Positions 16,368 to 25,289 of a stretch of DNA of 32,000 nt are shown piece by piece. The stretch is from Candidatus Heimdallarchaeota archaeon (GTDB lineage: Archaea; Asgardarchaeota; Heimdallarchaeia; JABLTI01). The notes under the pieces were generated by a model, which saw only the letters and a program-made list of their open reading frames with translations, made no database searches and was not told the DNA's origin. Every line of letters begins with the position of its first letter. Within the stretch, counting starts at the first letter, position 1. The stretch covers positions 30,001 through 62,000 of the forward strand of contig JAUWKS010000011.1 of assembly GCA_030614005.1 (NCBI GenBank), in the 5' to 3' direction. The translations under genes and the position numbers were made by a program.

Positions 16368-17606
16368 CTAATAGTCAAGTTTATCGAAGAGTCTCATAGT
16401 GTCAGGTTCGATTTCCATATCATCAAGGAATCGCATTGCTGCTCTATTGGGATCACTTGACCGGTAAATGTATCTTCCAACTATGATAATATCTGCTCCG
16501 GCGCGAAGTGCTTCTGCCAATGGTTTTCCAGGTTTCAATCCACCTGCCACTGCTACTAAACCACCAGTGATTTTCTTGATTTTCTTGATATCACCCCAAA
16601 CAGAGCGCGACGCAGAAGTTCCTTCTTTCGTTGCTGTTCCTTCTTTTTGAGCAACTTCTTGATCAATACCTCTGTGTAGAATGACTACTTTTGGTTTTTC
16701 TGGAAGTGCATCAAGCATAGCGATAAATTTAACTTGATTAGTGTTTAGGGAATCAATCCAAGCATGAATGCCTCTTTTATTACAAGCACGAATGAATTCT
16801 TTTACGGTGTCTATCGGAGCAATACCTGAGACAACACAAGCATTTGCAGTTGCATCTGCTGCTGCATTTACTTCTGCTCTACCAACATCAAGTGTTTTCA
16901 TATCGGCTATAATATAACCACCTGGTTTCAATTCTCTCATTCTGCCAACAGTTTCTTCGATACCATATTTCTTGATGTATGGTGTACCGATTTCGATAAT
17001 CATTCTATCAGATTTTGGAAGTTGCTCAACAATCTTGATTGCTGCTGATAACGACCCAACATCTAAAGCTACTTGGACATAAGGAGGGTTCCAGAGTGTC
17101 TGAGGTTTGAATTTCATTACTGGGTGTCTCGCACGATCCTTTTCTGCGATGAGTTTTTTCATTGGTGGATAGTTACTGAGAGCTCGTTTTAAAGCTAATC
17201 GTGTTGCACCATAGTTATAATAGTAAATTTTAGACTCACTTTCAGCTTTAGGATGAATATACACACTCACAATTACTACATAATTCATGAGCTTATCTTT
17301 GGGTATATCTCCTTCTGCTGCTGCATCTGCAACAGCTTTTGCTACAGCCATTTGTGCCGGACCGAAAATTTTCCCTGCTTGGTCTAAATTTTCGATTGTA
17401 ACTTTTGGTACAATGAGTGTTCTAGGATGTGGTTGTAAGTTTGGTTTTATTAATGCTAAAAGGGGTGTGTGTCCTTTCGATAATTGAGTCATCCCATTAG
17501 CAAATGCAATACCAACCGGTCCATCCTTATCCCCGATCATTAAATCTATATGGGCTAACTCATGACCTTTACCTTGAAGAGCTTCGCCAATAAAAAAGTC
17601 TGCCAA
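16368..17606 (-). CDS. fae-hps: Bifunctional formaldehyde-activating enzyme / 3-hexulose-6-phosphate synthase
   Basis: Fae part: IGEAL..AHIDLMIG..GHTPLLA..PKVTI..FGPAQMAVAKAVAD..VYIHP..YNYGATRLALKRA. HPS barrel: QVALD, IEIGTPYIK, ADMKTLD, HRGID, VAGG, IVGRYI. TTG start with GGTGG SD. Confidence 0.93.
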   Translation of the reverse strand: MADFFIGEALQGKGHELAHIDLMIGDKDGPVGIAFANGMTQLSKGHTPLLALIKPNLQPHPRTLIVPKVTIENLDQAGKIFGPAQMAVAKAVADAAAEGDIPKDKLMNYVVIVSVYIHPKAESESKIYYYNYGATRLALKRALSNYPPMKKLIAEKDRARHPVMKFKPQTLWNPPYVQVALDVGSLSAAIKIVEQLPKSDRMIIEIGTPYIKKYGIEETVGRMRELKPGGYIIADMKTLDVGRAEVNAAADATANACVVSGIAPIDTVKEFIRACNKRGIHAWIDSLNTNQVKFIAMLDALPEKPKVVILHRGIDQEVAQKEGTATKEGTSASRSVWGDIKKIKKITGGLVAVAGGLKPGKPLAEALRAGADIIIVGRYIYRSSDPNRAAMRFLDDMEIEPDTMRLFDKLDY

Positions 17607-17778
17607 TTTTTCATACCACCAAGATGAATATTTAGTTTGGTTCTGTATAAACCTCGATTGCTTTTATATTATAAGTTTATCTAACTCGCTAATAATTCAC
17701 AGATAATATCTCAACTCGATTTTTTGTCTCTCTAGTCTCCGAAAGGTTTTTTGCTTACTTTTTCTTTAGATAATAATC

Positions 17779-18651
17779 ATGTGGAAAAAAAGTCCTGTAC
17801 CATTCTTAAAAGGGAAGAGACCTCTTGTTATGGCCCATAGAGGTGACAGTGCAAATGTTCCTGAAAATACTTTCCAAGCAGTCAAAGATGCTTTTGATTT
17901 AAAAGTGGATGTTATAGAAGCAGATCTTCGTATTACTAAAGACGATGAGATTGTCTTCTTTCATGATGCTACTATAAATCGGACAACAAATGGACGAGGT
18001 TTTGTTAGGTCCTACATTCTTAAAGAACTCAAAATGTTTGAACAAGGATATAATTTCCAAGGTGAAGGTGAATTCAATAAAACTTTCCCATTCAGAGGTG
18101 CAGGTTTTAAAATTCAGTCAGTTGATGATATTCTTACATTATTCCCAAAAATGAGATTCAATATGGATATAAAAGATAGAGACCCTAAAGCACCAATAAT
18201 ATTGGCAAATAAACTTAAAAAATTTGATGTAGAAGATCGAGTAATGGTGGGTTCATTTCACACAAAACAGCTTGAAAGATTTAGAGAAATATCAGGAGCT
18301 CCAACAAGTGCGGGTCCCTCAGAAGTGTGGCATTTTCGGCAAAGAGTGAAAAAATGGATGAAAAAGAATGTCACTAAACCTCTTGGGGATATTAAATCAC
18401 TAGAACAAGAAGAAATTTTAGGATACACTTTACCATATTTTGCTTTACAGATTCCTGAAAGAATACTTTTACTAAAAATCTTTAAAAGTTCAAGATTCTT
18501 CCAAATATCTCATTTGCTAAATATGGCAATTCATGTCTGGACAGTAAACGAGCCTGGAGATATGTTTAGATTATTAGAATGGGGTGTTGACGGTATTTTC
18601 TCGGATAATCCAAAACTATTGAAAGAAATTATCGAATTTAAATTTAAATGA
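17779..18651 (+). CDS. Glycerophosphodiester phosphodiesterase (GDPD)
   Basis: MAHRG..PENTF, IEADLRITKD..VFFHD..RTTNG, NMDIK, HVWTVN..GVDGIFSDNP. Confidence 0.92.
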   Translation: MWKKSPVPFLKGKRPLVMAHRGDSANVPENTFQAVKDAFDLKVDVIEADLRITKDDEIVFFHDATINRTTNGRGFVRSYILKELKMFEQGYNFQGEGEFNKTFPFRGAGFKIQSVDDILTLFPKMRFNMDIKDRDPKAPIILANKLKKFDVEDRVMVGSFHTKQLERFREISGAPTSAGPSEVWHFRQRVKKWMKKNVTKPLGDIKSLEQEEILGYTLPYFALQIPERILLLKIFKSSRFFQISHLLNMAIHVWTVNEPGDMFRLLEWGVDGIFSDNPKLLKEIIEFKFK

Positions 18652-18714
18652 AAAAGTATTATTTAAGCAGATATTTGTTTAGAACAGAACAGTTTTTTCA
18701 CTTTTTTCCTTGAA

Positions 18715-18797
18715 GTCACGTATCGTGACCTCACGAAGAGTGACCTCAAATTGAGTCTACATAATGTGAATTTTCTTTTTAAATAAAAATAGACTCA
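18715..18797 (+). promoter_or_regulatory. Operator/promoter block upstream of beta-solenoid gene 1
   Basis: GTCACG-tat-CGTGAC dyad, CGTGA-CC-TCACG dyad (18724-18735), second GTGACCTCA at 18740, and TGAGTCTA/TAGACTCA inverted repeat (18752-18759/18790-18797) around a TATA-like tract. 18740-18778 is 35/39 identical to 20089-20127. Confidence 0.6.
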
Positions 18798-18848
18798 GTA
18801 AACATAGGGACTAATAAGGAAATCCAGTAAAACATTGGAGGATATTCA

Positions 18849-20024
18849 ATGACGATGAAACAAATAATGAAACTAAAAAAGAGAACCCGGACGAAACTCA
18901 CTGTAGTCGAAGGGGACTTGAAAATAGGTAAAGGCGCAACAATTATTGCAGAAAAAGATACAATTGTTGTCAATGGTAAAATTAAGAATAAAGGTGGCTT
19001 TAAATGCAAAGGCAATTTACAAGTCAGAAGCATTCAAAGCGAAAAAGGTTCAGTAACAATTTTTGGTAATTTAGAGGTTGACAGAGATATCAATGTCGAC
19101 AAGAAGCTTACTGTAAATGGAACCTTGACTGCACATAATGTCTCAGTAGGTATGACCGCTAAGATAACAGATGCTGTTGAAGTAGAAAAAATCAGCGCTG
19201 GTATGAAAATTATCCTTAACGGAAGTTCAAAAGCTGAAAAACTAAGTGCTGGTATGAAGGTTATCCTAAATGGAAAAGAAAACCAAATTGATAAAATTTC
19301 AGCTGGTATGAGTCTTATATTAAATGGTTCAGGTAAATATGAATCTTTGAGTGCTGGTATGAGTATCAAAGCTTCTAGTGGCGATATTGGAAGTGCAAGT
19401 GCTGGTATGAGTATTATTACAAAAGGACCTATAAAAATGGATTCTGTTAGTGCTGGAATAAGTTTGAAACTCAAGGACATAGCAGAGCTTGGCAAAGCAA
19501 GTGCTGGTATGAGTATTAAGGCTTTTAATGATTTAACTTTTGAAAGTGTATCTGCAGGTATGTCCGTTAAAATACAGGGTAAAGCTGTTGGAGAACAAAT
19601 AAGCGTTGGTATGAGTCTTTTTGCAAAAGAGTTAACAGTGCAAGGAAAGGTTTCTGCTGGTATGAAAGTTAAAACATCTAAAGAAATTACTTGTGATGAA
19701 CTTTCTGTAGGAAGAACTATTATTGCAAAATTCGTTAAAGCACGCAAGATAACTATTGGCAAAAAAGGAAGGCTCTTAGCTGATGTCTCAGCGGATGAAG
19801 TTATTCTAAGAGAACGAGTAAGAGCTAAAAACATTATTGCTCTAGATCTCGAGATGATGGAGAAAAGTAGAGCAAAAAATGTCTATGTTGAACGGTTAAT
19901 AATTGAAGATGGTGCAAGAATAACCGGCAACCTAGAATACACTGATTCTATTGAAGTGGAAGCTGGTGCAAAGATTCGCAAAGAGCCAAAAAAAGTGGCT
20001 AAACTTCCACAGCATAAGATTTGA
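18849..20024 (+). CDS. Bactofilin-like (polymer-forming) beta-solenoid protein with SAGM repeats
   Basis: Bactofilin-like N- and C-termini (VEGDLKIG..VNGKI..GNLQVRSI; ITGNLEYTDSIEV) flank twelve ~17-aa repeats of consensus xSAGMSIxxxG. GGAGG SD. Confidence 0.7.
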   Translation: MTMKQIMKLKKRTRTKLTVVEGDLKIGKGATIIAEKDTIVVNGKIKNKGGFKCKGNLQVRSIQSEKGSVTIFGNLEVDRDINVDKKLTVNGTLTAHNVSVGMTAKITDAVEVEKISAGMKIILNGSSKAEKLSAGMKVILNGKENQIDKISAGMSLILNGSGKYESLSAGMSIKASSGDIGSASAGMSIITKGPIKMDSVSAGISLKLKDIAELGKASAGMSIKAFNDLTFESVSAGMSVKIQGKAVGEQISVGMSLFAKELTVQGKVSAGMKVKTSKEITCDELSVGRTIIAKFVKARKITIGKKGRLLADVSADEVILRERVRAKNIIALDLEMMEKSRAKNVYVERLIIEDGARITGNLEYTDSIEVEAGAKIRKEPKKVAKLPQHKI

Positions 20025-20038
20025 TCACCTTTTTTTCA

Positions 20039-20062
20039 AGCTATTCTCGCGAGAGAATAGCT
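20039..20062 (+). terminator. Hairpin terminator after beta-solenoid gene 1
   Basis: AGCTATTCTC-GCGA-GAGAATAGCT, perfect 10-bp stem with a GNRA loop, T-rich on both sides. Confidence 0.65.
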
Positions 20063-20088
20063 AAACTTTTTATTTTGAGTAACAAATT

Positions 20089-20127
20089 GTGACCTCAAAT
20101 TGTGTGTACAAAATGTGAATTTCCTTT
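20089..20127 (+). promoter_or_regulatory. Duplicated promoter/operator block upstream of beta-solenoid gene 2
   Basis: GTGACCTCAAATTGTGTGTACAAAATGTGAATTTCCTTT, 35/39 identical to 18740-18778, followed by TTTATATA (TATA-like). Confidence 0.6.
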
Positions 20128-20183
20128 ATATACTAAAAATAGTTAATCTATAATTAGAAAGAATATGTCTTGGTGATGAAAAA

Positions 20184-21350
20184 ATGTCCGAAATAAGAGT
20201 AGAAAAAGGTCAAGTAAAAAAACTAGGTGTTGTTGATGGAAACCTCCGGATAGGGAAAGAAGCAACACTCATTGCAGAGGATGGGACAATAACTGTTAAT
20301 GGTTCTATTAATTCAAGAGGATCTTTTGATTGTGAAGGTAATTTACAAGCAAGGTCTTTAAAAGTAAAGAACGGTTCAGCTGAAATTTTTGGTAATCTAG
20401 AAATAGAACAAATAGTAACTGTTGATAAAAAACTCGATGTTAGTGGTTCTTTTGTATGCCCTGAGGTTTCAGTCGGTAGAACTTTGATTGTAGAATCCAC
20501 TACAAAAATCAGTTCTGTAACTGTTGGTGGAACAGCGAAATTCGAAGGGGAAACTTCTATTGAGTCTGTTAGAGTTGGTGGTACTTTGAAGATTTTAGGA
20601 GAATCTGATATTGGTTCTGTTTCTGTTGGTGGTACTGCAAAATTCAATGCCAATGCTAAAGTTGATTCAATAGATGTTGGTGGTACTTTAAAGACCTCAA
20701 GCGGTGTTTTTGGCACAATTAAAGTAGGTGGTACTTACAAAGCATATGAAAAAGTTGACATTCAAGTTATCGATGTTGGCGGTACTGTTAAACTTTTGGC
20801 ATCATCAAAAATACAAGATATTGATGTTGGTGGCACTTTTAGAGCTCTTTCAGATTTAGAATTTGGATTATTAGATGTTGGTGGTTCAATTAAGATCGAA
20901 GGCAATGCTGAAGGAGAAGAAGTAAAAGTAGGTGGTACCCTTGTTTGCTATAAAAATCTAACTTGCTCAGGAAATATTTCTGTTGGTGGCACTTGTTCTG
21001 TAGAAAAGGTATTGACTGGCAATCAAATAGAAGTCGGTGGAAAACTACAAGCATTATTAATTAATGGCAAGTACGTTAAAATCGGCAGAAGAGGAGAAAT
21101 AATTGGTACAGTCAATTCTGATAAAATTGTTATCTCTGACCGTGCAACAACTAGAAATCTTTATGGTAAAGATATTCGTATAGAAGAAAATTGTAGAATC
21201 AGAAACATCTATGGCGAAGATATATCTATTGAAGAAGGAACAAGAGTCTCTGGAGAGATTTTGTATACAAATGAAATTTATATTGAGGAAGGTGTCAAAC
21301 TTTCCAAAGAACCAAAGAAAGTTTCTTCTCTCCCTCCTGTAAAAGCATAA
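20184..21350 (+). CDS. Bactofilin-like (polymer-forming) beta-solenoid protein with VGGT repeats
   Basis: Colinear paralogue of 18849-20024 (VVDGNLRIG..VNGSI..GNLQARSL; VSGEILYTNEIYI..PKKV..LP) with twelve repeats of consensus xVGGTxK. GGTGA SD. Confidence 0.72.
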   Translation: MSEIRVEKGQVKKLGVVDGNLRIGKEATLIAEDGTITVNGSINSRGSFDCEGNLQARSLKVKNGSAEIFGNLEIEQIVTVDKKLDVSGSFVCPEVSVGRTLIVESTTKISSVTVGGTAKFEGETSIESVRVGGTLKILGESDIGSVSVGGTAKFNANAKVDSIDVGGTLKTSSGVFGTIKVGGTYKAYEKVDIQVIDVGGTVKLLASSKIQDIDVGGTFRALSDLEFGLLDVGGSIKIEGNAEGEEVKVGGTLVCYKNLTCSGNISVGGTCSVEKVLTGNQIEVGGKLQALLINGKYVKIGRRGEIIGTVNSDKIVISDRATTRNLYGKDIRIEENCRIRNIYGEDISIEEGTRVSGEILYTNEIYIEEGVKLSKEPKKVSSLPPVKA

Positions 21351-21364
21351 AATAAGCAGTAATA

Positions 21365-21385
21365 ATTGAGTATAATCTACTCAAT
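21365..21385 (+). terminator. Hairpin terminator after beta-solenoid gene 2
   Basis: ATTGAGTA-N5-TACTCAAT stem followed by a T-run. Confidence 0.5.
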
Positions 21386-21468
21386 CATTTTTTTATTTTC
21401 TAAATCACTGATAGATTTATTTGAAGGTTCTTTTATAAAATATGAAAAGGCTAATTTGGTGAAGAATT

Positions 21469-21963
21469 GTGAAAAACACATCATTAAAATCAATATTTGG
21501 CAGCAAAATTTCTATTCTAGTTCTCGGGTTATTTGTAATTATTTTGACTTCAAATGTGCTTCTTTCTGCAGGACATTCACCTTCTGGAATGATCATTGAA
21601 TATGATATTAATACTGGAGAATTAAGCGCAACCATAACTCATTTTGTATCTGGAGATTCACATTATATTGATTTAATTGAGGTAAGGAAGAATTCTGTTC
21701 TCAATCAAACTCATGAATATACAAGTCAATACGCAAATATCTTCATACAGCTTTACAGTATTAATTGTTCAATAGGTGATATCTTGAATGTAAAAGCCTA
21801 TTGCAGCGAAGGTGGTTCGATTTCAAAATCTCTGACAGTTGCAGAAAATATCTCTACTACTCCAGAATCAACTGGTTTAGTTGCTGTTTCACATATCTGT
21901 ATAACGTTATTTGTATTAATTGGATATTCAGTTGTTACTCGGAAAAGAACAAATCCAACGTAG
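21469..21963 (+). CDS. Exported, C-terminally anchored protein resembling the superoxide-reductase/desulfoferrodoxin Fe-binding domain
   Basis: Signal peptide, HSP..ITH..HYIDLIEV..VKAYCSEGG, S/T-rich linker, TM helix, basic tail RKR. GTG start with GGTGA SD. Confidence 0.55.
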   Translation: MKNTSLKSIFGSKISILVLGLFVIILTSNVLLSAGHSPSGMIIEYDINTGELSATITHFVSGDSHYIDLIEVRKNSVLNQTHEYTSQYANIFIQLYSINCSIGDILNVKAYCSEGGSISKSLTVAENISTTPESTGLVAVSHICITLFVLIGYSVVTRKRTNPT

Positions 21964-22124
21964 CTTTCAATGCTATTTCATGTTTCAATTTAAATAAATT
22001 AATAGAAGGAAAGAAGCGGGGAAACTGATATTTTCTATTTTTGGAAATGTTCTTAAGTAGTTAGAATTATTGTGCTAGATAATAGCTAGAGAGTTATGCT
22101 ACTCGTTTAGGAGGATATCAATCT

Positions 22125-23249
22125 ATGAGCACTGGACTGACGATGAAAGTCTTACGAATAAGTATTTTAGCGTTTATATTATTATTAGCGACCTCAATTA
22201 TTTCCACGACCTTAGTCATGGGTCTTACAGATTTTGATCAGTCAAAACAATTACAAGATGGTTATAAAGAAGCTTTTACTCATACCGTTGAAAATTATAA
22301 GAATCAAAGATTTACGATAGAAATTACTCTGGAAGAAACTGTCTCAAACAATTCTATAGTTTATGTTTTTGTTGTACCACGTGATGATTGGTTTCGTATA
22401 CGAGATAACGCTTCTTTAGGTATTAGCGATATTCCAGCTGAAAATTTCCTTTATAACGAATCTGTGGAGAAAGTATATTTTGATATTGATGACAAAACTG
22501 TTCTTGTTACATTGGTAGGGGAAAATATTGTTATTCCTGATTGGAATCCATGGACTATGATATTCCTTAATTTAAATGGTGAGGAATTATCTTCTTCAAT
22601 TAAGGTCGAACATCAGCACATTCTCTGGTGGCTCTGGATTGTTATTCCATCTCTTATTATTACCGGATTAATAACATACGGTGTTGTTGAAAATGTTACT
22701 AGATATGAACGAGTAAAAATGAGCTCAGAAAAAGCCATTAAAAAATTAGGTATTAAAAATGAAGCTGAACGACAGAGAGCAGCTTACTGGTTAATTTCAA
22801 ATGGAACAGAAGATGATTTAGCTCAGCTAATAGAGTTGTTAAGCAATGAGAATCCACTGAATCGTGCCAATGCAGCTTTTGCAATTGGTGGAATTTCAAA
22901 ACGAATTGGTGATAAAAGTCTTGGACGTGTCTTAATTGACCAGTACAATGTAGATATTGATGAAATGGTCAAAGGAGAAATCGTAAATGCAATGTGTGAT
23001 GTTGCTGATGAATCAGCTTTAGAAATTTTAGAACAATATTTAAAGTTTGAACACAATGAAATCCTTCGATTTAATATTGCTGAAGCATTAGAAGTAATCG
23101 CTTCACATAAATCTATTCCAAGTTTGGTTGAAATAATCAATGGTAATAATACCGAGACCTTAAAGATTGTTTGTAAGAGAGCACTTACGAAAATTGCAAA
23201 AATTGAAGGAACAAGTGCAGACGCGCTTATTAAAAAGCATTCTAAATAA
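22125..23249 (+). CDS. Membrane protein: signal/anchor, extracellular beta domain, TM helix, cytoplasmic HEAT (PBS-lyase-like) repeats
   Basis: LIELLSNENPLNRANAAFAIG, DEMVKGEIVNAM, EILRFNIAEALEVIASHKSIPSLVEII are HEAT-like. TM ILWWLWIVIPSLIITGLITYGVV. Confidence 0.75.
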   Translation: MSTGLTMKVLRISILAFILLLATSIISTTLVMGLTDFDQSKQLQDGYKEAFTHTVENYKNQRFTIEITLEETVSNNSIVYVFVVPRDDWFRIRDNASLGISDIPAENFLYNESVEKVYFDIDDKTVLVTLVGENIVIPDWNPWTMIFLNLNGEELSSSIKVEHQHILWWLWIVIPSLIITGLITYGVVENVTRYERVKMSSEKAIKKLGIKNEAERQRAAYWLISNGTEDDLAQLIELLSNENPLNRANAAFAIGGISKRIGDKSLGRVLIDQYNVDIDEMVKGEIVNAMCDVADESALEILEQYLKFEHNEILRFNIAEALEVIASHKSIPSLVEIINGNNTETLKIVCKRALTKIAKIEGTSADALIKKHSK

Positions 23250-23262
23250 ACAGCTGAATCAT

Positions 23263-23292
23263 TTATTGAGTTCAGCTCAATAATCTTTTTTT
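23263..23292 (+). terminator. Hairpin + U-tract after the HEAT gene, overlapped by an alternative stem
   Basis: TTATTGAG-ttcag-CTCAATAA followed by TCTTTTTTT; competing stem AGCTGAA(23252-58)/TTCAGCT(23271-77). Confidence 0.5.
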
Positions 23293-23429
23293 CATTATCA
23301 CACTTCTAGTGCATTCTTCTTTGCATTTCTAACTCAAAAAAGAATATAAGCATTATCTGAATGATAAAGATAGTATAAAAAATCAGAGAATTAATTATTA
23401 TTTCTCTTCATGTATTAGGAGGTAGATTT

Positions 23430-25289
23430 TTGACCTTTCAAATAAATAACATTACTCTTTACAAATCTGGTATAGGCTATTTTACAGGAAAATGCACCAA
23501 GAAAGAATTTATTTTACCCGTTAATGAAAATGATATCGATGATATTCTTAAATCACTTTCAGTTGATGGATTAAAATCTGTGACTTTTAGTGCTTCAGAA
23601 GGGAAAGATAGTATCAAAGAAAAAATCGGAATAAATATTGATGCAGAATCCGCTTTCATTTCTTTTAGTAAACACCTGATAGGTTTAACAGTTGAAATTG
23701 AAACTGATAAAATATACAAGGGAAAAGTCATTGGTATTGATTTCTTGTTGATAGATGATTTAGAAGATGAAGAAGATGGGATCGATGTTTTAATAATTCA
23801 AGACAAAAACACCATTCTGCATTTGCCGATAAGTAGGATAAAACGAATAAAAATATTGGATGATACCATACAAAAAGACTTAGAGGTATTTTTAGATTTA
23901 GAAGCTTCTACAAGAAAAATCGGTGTTACAAATCTAACTGTCCTTACAACTAAGGAAGATGCAAGTATCCAATGGGTTGCTCCAGTATCTGCTTGGAGAT
24001 TATCATATAGAGTTCAGTATTCTCAAGAGAAAAGCAGCACTGATTTTACTGGAATCGCTATCGTTGACAATACCACTGGAATAGATTGGGAAAAAATTAA
24101 ACTTCAACTAGTAACAGGTCGTCCTGTTAGTTTTAAACATGACTTGCATACCCCTCACTATGTTGATAGACCTTGGATTTCACGAGAAGAAACGGGAATT
24201 TCTCCTTTATTAGCACAAGCATCTGTAAAGAGAAGTGATCTGAGAAAAAAATCTGACCAATATGGACGCGGACGTAGGGAACCTTTACCAAAAGCTTCGA
24301 CAACTTCTGGTATGAGTTTAGAAGGGCGATTAGGTTGGGATATTTCTCGAGATGTTATGAAAACGGTTTCAGCTGCCTCACAAGAAGAATTAGCAGCAAC
24401 AGTTACTTATCAAGTAACGAAACCTGTTACTATCAACCGTTCTGAAAGTTCTTTAATTCCTCTATTTAATAAATCAATGAAAGGTGAATTATGTGTTGTC
24501 ATTCGTGACGATAGAATTGAGGATGGAATGGATGCAATTCTATTTAGCAAGGACTTGGATTTGGAAAAAGGTGTAGCAACTATACATATTGATGATATTT
24601 TTGCAGGAGATGCAATGATTGTTCGGGGAACAGATTACATTGCTTTTAGGATTAATCAAGACATTAATACTATTAAATCCGTAGAACAAACAAGTAAAAT
24701 CGTCAGTGTGTCAGTGAAGAAAAATCTAATGTATCAAAAACATTCGGAAATAGCTACCTATAATTTCAAGTTTCTAAACATTGCTGATAAAAAAATGCCC
24801 ATTGTTTTTGAGATAGGAAAATTGGACGAGTATAAACCAAAAACCAAACCAATTAAAGAAACAGCAAATTACTATCGCTATAAATTTGATCTTGAACCGG
24901 GAAGTTCTGAAAAAATATTTACTTTCACAAAAATTGTCTTAACAAGTCTTTATGTTCGTAACCTTTCTGAGGATGTTGTCAAAGATATGATAAAAGAAGG
25001 TGTTCTTGACGATAAAAATGAACGATTAGTGTTGAAGATATTTGCTAATCTACGAAAAATCACTCAAAAGGAAAATGAACTAAATACTATTGAAAACGAA
25101 ATTGATTGGGAATATTCTAACCAAGAACGTTTGAGAGATAATATCATAGTTTTGCAGAAAATTTTGCAAGCTGCTGAACGAGATAGCTATATAGAACGAT
25201 TAAAAATTTCTGAAAAGCATCTCGAAGATCTCGAGAGTGAGAAGAAAAAACTCACTGTAGAGATTAAGAAATTGAAATTGAAGATATAG
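23430..25289 (+). CDS. DUF4139/DUF4140-like protein, paralogue 1
   Basis: TLYKSGIGYF, DDILKSL, WRLSYRV, AIVDNTTGIDW..LVTGRPVSF.HDL..P.YV.RP, YQVTKPVTINRSESSLIP, NQERLRDN, then a C-terminal coiled coil. TTG start with GGAGGT SD. Confidence 0.72.
   Translation: MTFQINNITLYKSGIGYFTGKCTKKEFILPVNENDIDDILKSLSVDGLKSVTFSASEGKDSIKEKIGINIDAESAFISFSKHLIGLTVEIETDKIYKGKVIGIDFLLIDDLEDEEDGIDVLIIQDKNTILHLPISRIKRIKILDDTIQKDLEVFLDLEASTRKIGVTNLTVLTTKEDASIQWVAPVSAWRLSYRVQYSQEKSSTDFTGIAIVDNTTGIDWEKIKLQLVTGRPVSFKHDLHTPHYVDRPWISREETGISPLLAQASVKRSDLRKKSDQYGRGRREPLPKASTTSGMSLEGRLGWDISRDVMKTVSAASQEELAATVTYQVTKPVTINRSESSLIPLFNKSMKGELCVVIRDDRIEDGMDAILFSKDLDLEKGVATIHIDDIFAGDAMIVRGTDYIAFRINQDINTIKSVEQTSKIVSVSVKKNLMYQKHSEIATYNFKFLNIADKKMPIVFEIGKLDEYKPKTKPIKETANYYRYKFDLEPGSSEKIFTFTKIVLTSLYVRNLSEDVVKDMIKEGVLDDKNERLVLKIFANLRKITQKENELNTIENEIDWEYSNQERLRDNIIVLQKILQAAERDSYIERLKISEKHLEDLESEKKKLTVEIKKLKLKI

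Noticed and set aside
19034-19834. 266-aa antisense ORF with IPA/IPALA repeats
   Set aside because: It is the exact shadow of the SAGM repeats (GCTGGTAT read backwards), fully overlaps the real + strand gene and has no SD.
19141-21050. Regularly spaced GCTGGTATGA and GTTGGTGG[TAC]AC DNA repeats resembling a CRISPR array
   Set aside because: The repeats are only ~10 bp, in frame, vary at third codon positions and encode protein repeats; there are no cas genes.
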